From Octopus sinensis (taxonomy: Eukaryota), in assembly GCF_006345805.1 (NCBI RefSeq), contig NW_021828307.1, positions 1-8,884 of the forward strand: a stretch of DNA of 8,884 nucleotides, read 5' to 3'. The notes beneath the pieces were generated by a model that ran no database searches, was not told where the DNA came from, and was given only the letters and a program-made list of their open reading frames with translations. Below, piece after piece: positions 1 through 8,884 of the stretch (position 1 is its first letter; every line of letters begins with the position of its first letter). The position numbers were made by a program, and so were the translations under genes.

Positions 1-222
1 CCACACACTCCCTCATGCACACAGATACATAAAATATAAATACATGTGTGTGTTTTGACACACACATATATATATGTGTGTATATATACAGGTATGTATG
101 TACATATCGTATGTGTGTGCATATCTATACAGATATATATATATATATATATATACATGTGTGTGCGTGTGCTTAACACACACACGCATGCACACACACA
201 CACACACACATACACACACGTG
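1..222. repeat. Mixed (CA)n/(TA)n/(TG)n microsatellite
   Basis: Visible runs, e.g. (TA)n ~133-155 and (CA)n ~177-219. ORFs 13..225 and 46..246 are their translations. Confidence 0.95.
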
Positions 223-593
223 CATTTCACTAGAGAGTCTGGCTGAATGATATTTCTTTACTCACTAGCTCCCACCGCCGCCACCATCACCCAACACCCC
301 TGCATTCCCTTCTATCGACTCCACCCCATCACCCTCACCCAATCCCGCTGCTGTTGTTACTGGTGCCGTTGCCCCCCCCCCCCCCACCCCCTCCGTATTC
401 ATTCGTTTCCTAAATTAAGTTATTCACTGTTGACAAGTATTATGAAAGACATTCTGTAAAGTTTCATTGCTGAGATGACGACGACGACATTGTTGTTGTT
501 GCTGCTGTTGTTGTCTCTGTGTGAATTGGTGATGGCCACTAAAAGTCAGCCGTTCTTTAGTTTGTCTCCTTTCGGTTTTTGTTTGACCTTTAT

Positions 594-1650
<1,057 letters not shown>

Positions 1651-1841
1651 ATTTGCACTTTAGAGGAGGAAACTAAGGTGTTGGGTGGGGGGGACGGAAT
1701 GTAGAAAGAGTATAGTGAATGTAAAACATCAAAAGATGAAACCCCTCCCCACCAAATAATAACAAATCGCAAAAAATACTTTGTTATTTTGGTGATTTAC
1801 CAATTTTATTCCTATTGTTGTTGTTGTTGCTGTTGTTCTTG

Positions 1842-1999
1842 TTCGTCCGTCTTTACATTCTGAGTCTGTACCCCGCCGAGATCGACTTTGCCTTTCATCC
1901 TTTCGGGGTCGATTAAATAAGTACCAGTTACGCACTGGGGTCAATGTAATCGACTTAATCCCTTCCCCAAAATTTTCAGGCCTTGTTCCTACAGAAGAA
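1842..1999 (+). mobile_element. 5'-truncated SINE (octopus-type, probably tRNA-derived), copy 1
   Basis: Core 'gagatcgactttgcctttcatcctttcggggtcgattaaataagtaccag...ctggggtcaatgtaatcgact' has diverged counterparts at ~2340-2380 and ~2445-2500 in this window, and is followed by an (AAT)n tail. From memory it matches an abundant octopus SINE and resembles the Meta/MESC-type central SINE domain. Family name not verified. Confidence 0.8.
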
Positions 2000-2395
<396 letters not shown>

Positions 2396-2427
2396 AGTAG
2401 TAGAATCGGTGGAACTCACTAAACTCC

Positions 2428-2600
2428 TGGTTTCACATCCGTCCAAAGTCAACTATACCTTTCAACCTTTTGGTCCGATAAAATGAGGAACCAATCAATC
2501 CAGATAGTGCTCGGGTTAATTCATTCAACTAAAAACTCTTCAAGGCGTTGCCCCAGAAGGGTCGCAATCAAATGACTGAAACCAGAAAATGATAAAACAT
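2428..2600 (+). mobile_element. Diverged SINE with shared core and a different 3' tail, copy 3
   Basis: 'gtcaactatacctttcaaccttttggtccgataaaatgaggaacca' matches the copy 1 core. Its 3' part 2541-2582 is 34/42 identical to 7906-7947. Confidence 0.65.
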
Positions 2601-2607
2601 AAACGGT

Positions 2608-2900
2608 AAAGAATTTGTTGAAAGGAGGATGAGAGTGGCCGCTCTGAGCATTCATCTGTGGATTGGCAAAGGATAGCTAAGAGAAGGCGCTTTCTTTTGT
2701 AGTCAATGTTATTACGTGCTTGTTTTTCTTTTGGCTGGGTTTTTCACCAGTAGCCCTCGTATGTTTTGTCTTTCCATTTCGGAGAATTATTCCTTCTTTG
2801 GAAATTCTTTTTTGATCCATTTGTTTCTTTTATTTTAATTTTTACACCTTTCTTTCGTGTAATTCCACATCGTTTCATCCTTTACCGTCTCCAATGTTTT
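2608..2900 (+). mobile_element. Probable extreme 3' end (last codons plus T-rich 3' UTR) of a second Tx1/L1-like LINE
   Basis: 2614-2639 is 21/26 identical to 3308-3333, the ORF2 end of the adjacent LINE (FVERRMRVA vs FVEGWVNVA). It is followed by a stop and T-rich sequence. The right boundary is uncertain. Confidence 0.4.
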
Positions 2901-2932
2901 TCTCAATCCTTGCTGGTTAACAAAGGAAACAT

Positions 2933-3550
2933 TGAGACAAGCTCTACAGGCCGTCAGATGGACCTGTCCCAGTTATGTGCAGGGCGATGAAACCGTTCTA
3001 AATGCACTTGTTCAGGGTCCAAGCATTGGTCACACTTGGAGCTTTGTCGAAAAACTGCTGACACTTGAATGACGGATCTGGTTATCAGCCGAGTCCATCG
3101 TGAAGATTGCTCCGCTACCTTCTTTTGGCCGAGAGGGAAAGCCAGTTTTCCTCTGCCTGGCGGCTAAATCGAAAAAGATAGTGTAGTGGACGAGGTTGAA
3201 AGGACCGAAGGCATACTTTCCTCTTTGGCCAAGCCCTCATCGGCTTTACCAAGTCCTACTTGAAAAGGAAAATGAGAGTGGAGAGGGAAGTCCCGCCTCC
3301 CAGTATTTTTGTTGAAGGGTGGGTGAATGTGGCGAGGGTAGACCCTGTGAACGAGAGTTTGTAGGCTAGAGGTGTCGTGAGGGAGTAAGGTGTACGCTTG
3401 ATGGACCCTTGGCAGCCGGGGTGACCAAGATGTGTGGGGTTCCTTGGTCGACCCTGAAAAGAACTCCCTCCTTTGGGGGAATTTTATTGTTTTACCTCAC
3501 TTGTCCCTCGTGTCGTATTGTTCCTTCTGGCTTATGAAGAAAAGACCATT
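2933..3550 (+). mobile_element. 5'-truncated, decayed Tx1/L1-clade non-LTR retrotransposon (ORF2 C-terminus plus 3' UTR)
   Basis: Contains the ORF2 pseudogene fragment below, then ~190 bp of 3' UTR with a hairpin (3419-3429/3443-3454), ending shortly before a (TAG)n microsatellite. Confidence 0.7.
2936..3364 (+). pseudogene. LINE ORF2 C-terminal CCHC zinc-finger region, disrupted
   Basis: Manual translation: DKLYR (+2) / AVRWTCPSYVQGDETVLNALVQGPSIGHTWSFVEKLLTLE*RIWLSAESIVKIAPLPSFGREGKPVFLCLAAKSKKIV*WTRLKG (+1) / TFLFGQALIGFTKSYLKRKMRVEREVPPPSIFVEGWVNVARVDPVNESL* (+2). CPxC...ETxxH...C is restored by single-base changes (tat>tgt, aat>cat, ggt>tgt). The K..VW..R and F...W motifs are typical of L1/Tx1 ORF2 ends. 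Two stops and two frameshifts. Confidence 0.7.
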
Positions 3551-3569
3551 ATAATTGTCAAAGATGACA

Positions 3570-3575
3570 GTAGTT

Positions 3576-3620
<45 letters not shown>
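3570..3620 (+). repeat. (TAG)n microsatellite
   Basis: Direct reading of tandem gta/tag units. Confidence 0.95.
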
Positions 3621-3871
3621 TATAATCCAATATGCAGATTTTTAAAAGAAAAACCCGTGCAACAAAACAAGATAAAGCGGAGACGGTGATATGAGGTAAA
3701 AGGTTTACTAATGAGGTTAAGAAGTTAGTTTAATATAATATGGAGAACGGAGGAGTGGAGGAGGAGAGCAGCGAGGGATTTTGAGAATAGAGAGAAGAGA
3801 GGAGGAGGAGCGAGGGAAGGAAGGTAGGTAGGAAAGAAAGAGGAAACGAAAAGGACATCTGTGTGTGTATT

Positions 3872-4218
<347 letters not shown>

Positions 4219-4499
4219 ATATTGAAAGATGGAGCGAGAGAGAGAGGCGGGTGGATGAAATGGAAAGGCAAGAATGAAGGCTGTGAAAGTAAATGGAGGA
4301 AGGCGGGAAGGAAGATGGCGGAAGTGAGAGGTCAACCGAGTAAGGGGAGGTAAGTGGAGTAAAAGGGGGAAATAATTGAACGAAGAAATAAGGTTTAAGT
4401 CTTGTTTATTGTTTGTTTTTTGTTGTCTTTTTGTGTGATTTTAATGAAAAAACATGAATGAGAAAGAAGGGAGAATAAATAAATGATTTGTCGAAGATA

Positions 4500-4975
4500 G
4501 TGGTGGCAGCGGTGGTGGATGGATGGATGGTGACAGGTGGGGTTAACGACAATAGATGGAAGCGGCAGCGGTGGAGGTAGTGGGCCCTATAAGTGTGTGT
4601 GCCTACAGCAGTTGCGGCGGTGGTGGCGGTTGTGGTGTAGGCGCGTAGGTTTCTTCTGATGATAGAGGTGGTGGTGGAGTTGCCGATACGGATATGTATA
4701 ATTACAGTGGCGGTGACGATGGTGCTGGTGGTGGTTGCGATTATGGTGGCGGCGGTAGTGGTGACGGTGGTGGTGGTGGCGATGGCGATGGTGGTGGTGG
4801 TGGTTGTGATTGTGGTGGCAGTGGTGGTCGTGGTGGCGGTAGTGGTGATGGCGGCGGCGATGGCGATGGTGGTGGTGGTGGTTGCGATTGTGGTGGCGGC
4901 GGCGGTGGTGGTGACGATGGTGGTGGTGGTGGCGGTGGTGGTGGTGGAGGTGGTGTTGATATGATGTTGATGGTA
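4500..4975 (+). repeat. Degenerate (GGT/GGC/GAT)n repeat with higher-order units
   Basis: GGT-rich. Motif ggttgYgattRtggtggc recurs at 4733, 4802 and 4880. Confidence 0.9.
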
Positions 4976-5117
4976 GGTGCTATTGGTCTTGGGGTCGATC
5001 GGCCTTTATGGACATGCGGGAGATAAGATTTCAAGGGGAACACAATGTCGGGAAAAGGGTTAACGATTAATTAATTTATTTATTTGAAGTGGTAAAGACC
5101 GAGCTGTTATCCTACAA

Positions 5118-5500
5118 ACATCACTACCACTACCACAACCACCGCAAGCACCACAACTACAACCACCACTACAAACAACAACAGCAACACCATCACCACC
5201 ATTTCCACCTCAGCCGTGCCTTCTACCACCACAGTGCGCACTAGCGTCACCACCGCCCCCCAGTGCGCCCCCCCTGCCCGCCTCAACACTTCTCCTCTAC
5301 ACACACACACTGCTCTCACCACTCCTACCGTGCCCCACCACAAGCATGTTTGTTATGGCGGTCTACACCACCGCCACCAACGGGACCGTTTCTTCCTCTG
5401 TCACAATCTCCATCACGACGATGACGACGACGACCACTACCACCTTCACGACCGCCATGCCACACTCCAGTCGCGACCACCTCCATCCTACCCACCCACC
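5118..5500 (+). repeat. Degenerate (ACC/AAC/ACG)n low-complexity tract
   Basis: Direct reading. Compositionally complementary to 4500-4975. Confidence 0.8.
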
Positions 5501-5609
5501 AACATTATCCAATCATCACGTGTCCGCATTAAACCCATCAAACGCAATAAACAAGATACACTTCAAGATCTGTTTGTCAAATGCTTTTTCTTTGTAGCCA
5601 TATTGTTTA

Positions 5610-5629
5610 CATCATCATCATCATCATCC

Positions 5630-5660
<31 letters not shown>

Positions 5661-6226
5661 CTTCTTCTTCTTCTTCTTCTTCTTCTTTTTTCTTCTTCTT
5701 CTTCATTTTCTCTTTTGCCTGTTTTCCTTCCTTCCTTCCTTCCTTCTTTCCATTCTGTCCCTTCTTCAGCCATTTCCACAATTTTTATAACGTTTCCTTT
5801 CTTTCTTTCTTTCTTCCTTTTCTTTCTTTCATACCTTTCTTCCTTCCTTCCTTTCTTTCTTCCTCTTTTTCTTTCTTCCTCTACTTCTTTCTCTCTTCCT
5901 TTCTTCCTTTCTTCCTTCCTTCCTTTCTTTCTTTCTTTTTTCCTTCCTTCTTTCTTTTTTCTTTGTTCCTTTCTTCCTTCCTTCCTTCCTTCCTTCCTCC
6001 TTTTTCCTCTTCCTTTTTCTTTCGTTCCTTCTTTCTTTCTTTCTTCTTTCTTTCTTTCTCTTCATTTCTTTCTTTTCTCTTCTTCCTTCCTTCCTTTCTT
6101 TCCTTCCTTCCTTCTTTCTATTTTTCTTTGTTCCTTCCTTCCTTTCTTTGTTCCTTCCTTTCTTCCTTCCTTTCATTCTTCCTTCCTTCCTTCCTTCCTT
6201 CCTTCATTTCTTTGTTTCTTTCTTTC
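5610..6226 (+). repeat. (CAT)n-(CTT)n then (TTCC/TTTC)n polypyrimidine tract
   Basis: (CAT)n ~5610-5628, (CTT)n ~5631-5704, almost purine-free ~5795-6226. Confidence 0.95.
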
Positions 6227-6339
6227 CGTAGTCGTTTACCTATTCTATTCAGTTCCAACATAAAATTGGCCGAAAACACAACGCTATTAATTCGATGTTA
6301 TTTTCAAGAGAGAGGAAGAAGAGTTTCATTGTTGTCATG

Positions 6340-6381
6340 CACACACATACAAACAACACACACACACACACAACACACACA

Positions 6382-6412
<31 letters not shown>
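6340..6412 (+). repeat. (CA)n microsatellite
   Basis: Direct reading. Confidence 0.95.
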
Positions 6413-6612
6413 CTTATATACGTGAAAGATACCGCTTCACAGAAACATGGCCACGGCACTTAAAATAAATGAACTTAAAGTGCGAAACCTGATTGTTAAC
6501 GTTCGAACTTTCAGCATGACTCCAAAAGAGTATATATTGATTTGCCCGAGGACTCTTAAGGATTTGAAGAATCCCAAGGCAAAACAGAACATATTTTATT
6601 GTAGTCACAATT

Positions 6613-6669
6613 ATATGTGTACATATTCATATGTATATATATATATATATATACGTGTGTGTGTGTGTG
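6613..6669. repeat. (TA)n(TG)n microsatellite
   Basis: Direct reading. Abuts the 3' end of the minus-strand hammerhead element. Confidence 0.9.
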
Positions 6670-6671
6670 AA

Positions 6672-6920
6672 GTATATTTGCCATCTAAATATGGCTAACC
6701 ACTAAGGGTGGATGTTACTGTAGCTTGTAACCCCAGGAGAACATCTTCTCCAGCTGGCTATTGACATATTGTCTGTGCCCTATCGGTATTTGCAAAGGGA
6801 ATCCATCCTTCCCATCGTCAACCTACGTGATACGCACGGACTCGAGTTTCTGGGTATTGACCCGTCATCAGCGCACGGCAGTCACCGGTTTTCGATGAAA
6901 GGAGTCCCAATGCAAATACA
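6672..6920 (-). mobile_element. Retrozyme-like or Penelope-derived non-autonomous element carrying a hammerhead ribozyme
   Basis: Non-coding, highly self-complementary ~250 bp. Contains a hammerhead core within the imperfect inverted repeat 6786-6823/6887-6919, plus five consecutive small hairpins at 6680-6773. Flanked by TA/TG microsatellite. The class is inferred from the known association of type I hammerheads with Penelope-like elements and animal non-LTR retrozymes. Confidence 0.6.
6827..6885 (-). ncRNA. Type I hammerhead ribozyme
   Basis: Minus strand reads guga-cugc-cgugcg-CUGAUGA-c-gggu-caau-accc-a-GAAA-cucga-GUC-cgugcg-ua-ucac. CUGAUGA = 6871-6865 and GAAA = 6850-6847. Stem II is gggu/accc. 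Stem III is the palindrome ACUCGAGU (6847-6840). The predicted cut is after GUC, between 6839 and 6838. Stem I is 6 bp (2 G-U), extended by guga/ucac. Confidence 0.8.
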
Positions 6921-7098
6921 TATATCCTTTTTCCAGTGACTTTTCATCACTGATCTTGAAAAAGTGTAAACAAGCAATAATAAATCTCTGAACGAGGTAT
7001 AAACAGTAACTGCACGACAACGTGAATTATATTTGCCATTTGATACAGGGACATGTATCATACATCAAAATGAAGCTGGGCCTCTGTGAATCACATCC

Positions 7099-7219
7099 CT
7101 ACTTCTCAACATAGTCACCGTTTCTCTCAACAGCAATGTTCCACCTTCGAATGAGAGCATGTATCTCTGCTCCGTAAAATTCTGTTGACTGTACTTTGAG
7201 CCACTTTTTCACAACAAAG
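7099..7219 (-). pseudogene. Mariner transposase C-terminal fragment
   Basis: VVKKWLKVQSTEFYGAEIHALIRRWNIAVERNGDYVEK* fits the mariner C-terminal pattern FY..GI..L..RW.....NGDYVE. Confidence 0.88.
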
Positions 7220-7220
7220 T

Positions 7221-7454
7221 CAAAGAGATAACACCTTCTTTCGAAGGCTCGTAACAGGTGATGAAACATGGGTTCTTCATTATGAACCGGAATCAAAGAG
7301 CCAGTCAATGGAATGGCGCCACTCTACGTCACCATCACCGAAAAAGTTCAAGGCGCAAAAATCAGCTGGAAAAATCATGGCAACTGTCTTTTGTGATACT
7401 CAAGGTGTTATTCTGGTCGATTTCTTGCCAAAAGGAAAAACAATAAACTCATAA
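7221..7454 (+). pseudogene. Mariner transposase catalytic-domain fragment (first Asp)
   Basis: Frame +3, missed by the ORF track: QRDNTFFRRLVTGDETWVLHYEPESKSQSMEWRHSTSPSPKKFKAQKSAGKIMATVFCDTQGVILVDFLPKGKTINS*. Has the TGDETW and K.M.TVFWD..G....DFL..G.TINS motifs. Confidence 0.93.
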
Positions 7455-7544
7455 TAAGCTTCATTTTGATGTATGATACATGTTCCTGTGTTGGTAACTA
7501 TACCTGTCCTAAGCAAAATGGCATTACTTTTTGACTCACCCTCG

Positions 7545-7579
<35 letters not shown>
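7545..7579. repeat. (TA)n microsatellite at the mariner end
   Basis: Direct reading. Confidence 0.95.
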
Positions 7580-7581
<2 letters not shown>

Positions 7582-7667
7582 TTTCGGTGCAAATGGTTTC
7601 GTATTACGGTTCCGGGTTTTACAACCCTGTAAATAATGATAATTATATAAGTCAAAACTTATAGCGA

Positions 7668-7892
7668 TCACCGTGCAATGACTAGGAAAAATAGTTTAAT
7701 AATGGCGCATATAAGCCCCAGACAGAAAAATGTAGGCTTTCCCATCCGCGTGTTTTACCATGGTAACACACTTAGTAGTGTTAACAAAGGGATATGGGTT
7801 CGAGTCCCACGCGGATAAGAAAGCCTACTTTTCTCTGCCGATGGCATATATGTCCCATTATTAGACTATTTTTCTTAGTCATTGCGCGGTGA
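7668..7892. mobile_element. Fold-back/MITE-like element with 85-bp inverted arms and a tRNA-like loop
   Basis: 7668-7752 versus the reverse complement of 7808-7892 is ungapped, 71/85 identical. The 55-nt loop contains GGTTCGAGTCC (7797-7807). The inverted repeat is certain; mobility is inferred. Confidence 0.7.
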
Positions 7893-7902
7893 GACATACT
7901 GC

Positions 7903-7962
7903 TGCCAAGGTGGTGCTCCTGCATGGCCGCAGTCAAATGACTGAAACAAATAAAATAGAAGA
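7903..7962 (+). mobile_element. Orphan SINE/LINE 3' tail
   Basis: caaggtggtgctcctgcatggccgcagtcaaatgactgaaac (7906-7947) is 34/42 identical to 2541-2582 and is followed by an A-rich tail. Confidence 0.7.
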
Positions 7963-8162
7963 ATGCATGTATGTATATGGATATGTGTGTCTGCGCATAC
8001 ACCAGTGCACAAAAGGTATAATAATGGTAGCAGGGGGGTGGCTCGAATTAAGTGTTCGGTAGCAGTCGATGAGAAAGTACTGATGGCTACATATGGTGGT
8101 GGCGGAGGTGACGGTGGTGTTGGTATTGATGTTGTTGTTGTTGATGGTGGTAGTTGGTCACC

Positions 8163-8260
8163 TGATGATTAATGGAAGGTCACGTCACCTCTACAACTGT
8201 CAATAGACATCTCTCAATAGACATGTTTGTTATTGGGAAAGATGGCGTCGAAAGACATCA
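8163..8260. promoter_or_regulatory. Candidate cis-regulatory island (Pbx/Hox plus Meis motif cluster)
   Basis: TGATTAATGG 8166-8175, AGGTCA 8177-8182, CTGTCA 8197-8202 and AAGATGGCG 8239-8247 lie in a short unique island between microsatellites. Motif evidence only. Confidence 0.25.
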
Positions 8261-8356
8261 ACAAGAGTAACAACAACAACAACAACAATAACAAAGCAAG
8301 AGAAAAGTCGGCGCCTGCGTCACCATCCCCACTATTCTGATCCTCGTTCTTTGCCT

Positions 8357-8418
8357 CACCATCATCATTATCATCGTCATCAACATCATCAGGATCATCA
8401 TCATCGTCGTCATTGTCA

Positions 8419-8449
<31 letters not shown>

Positions 8450-8600
8450 GTCACACCATTACCAACCTCACCAACATCACTCCTAAAATCACCTTCGTCA
8501 TTATCACCACCCACCACACCACCACGACAACAACTTCACTATTGTCTTCAAAACCATCAGCATCATAAGTAGCAACAGCGACACGTCGTCGTCGTCGTCG

Positions 8601-8637
<37 letters not shown>

Positions 8638-8860
8638 AACCACCTCCATCATCATCAGCATAGTCGTCGTCATTCTCATCATCGTCACAGTCATCATCAT
8701 CATCGTCATCATCATCATCATTATCATCTTCGCCGTCGCCGTCGCCATCGTCGTCATCAGCACCTACATCCTCCCCGCATCATCATCATGGACAACAATA
8801 AAACATCACCACCACCACCTGCACCACCACCACAGCCACCGTCGTCGTCGTCGTCGTCTT
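8357..8860 (+). repeat. Compound (CAT)n/(CGT)n/(ACC)n trinucleotide tract
   Basis: Direct reading. Explains the poly-His/Ile/Met ORFs. Confidence 0.93.
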
Positions 8861-8884
8861 TGCATTGTTTCTTCAGTTTCCTAA

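Larger units (their letters stand above)
7034..7546. mobile_element. Rearranged non-autonomous mariner (Tc1/mariner) element
   Basis: Transposase fragments lie on both strands. Inverted repeat 7044-7077/7457-7490 (32/34). The right end 'aaaatggcattactttttgactcaccctcg|TA' (to 7544, TA 7545-7546) is a typical mariner TIR end followed by (TA)n. Confidence 0.9.

Noticed and set aside
5216-6463. 415-aa ORF
   Set aside because: Stop-free only because it crosses ACC, CTT and TTCC repeats. No domain, and a non-ATG start.
6447-6698. Possible exon after tttcag at ~6509-6514
   Set aside because: No recognisable protein and no convincing splice donor; it runs into a TA repeat.
6992-7013. acgagg...aaacagtaactgc as a degraded left mariner TIR
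   Set aside because: Needs several gaps to align with the right TIR. Too weak to call.
7258-7446. 62-aa ORF
   Set aside because: Wrong-frame reading of the mariner fragment, which is in frame +3.
7743-7818. Functional tRNA gene
   Set aside because: The T-arm and acceptor-like stem are present, but D-arm spacing and the anticodon stem are not canonical. Kept only as a tRNA-like loop.

Overview
Non-genic eukaryotic DNA, very rich in microsatellites (CA/TA, GA, GATA, AAT, TAG, GGT/ACC, CTT/TTCC, CAT). The repeat landscape and SINE families resemble an octopus or other coleoid cephalopod genome, an inference from recalled repeat sequences. No intact host gene is supported, and nearly all supplied ORFs are translations of simple repeats. 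Interspersed elements are: three related SINE copies (1842-2600) plus an orphan SINE 3' tail (7903-7962); a decayed Tx1/L1-type LINE 3' end (2933-3550), probably preceded by a second one; and a rearranged mariner with two inverted 3' ends (7034-7546). Two structured non-coding elements stand out. The first is a ~250-bp minus-strand element carrying a type I hammerhead ribozyme fold (CUGAUGA...GAAA...GUC, palindromic stem III) at the tip of a ~134-nt rod, resembling a retrozyme or Penelope-derived unit (6672-6920). The second is a 225-bp fold-back with 85-bp arms (71/85 identical) whose loop is tRNA-like with a Pol III B box (7668-7892).
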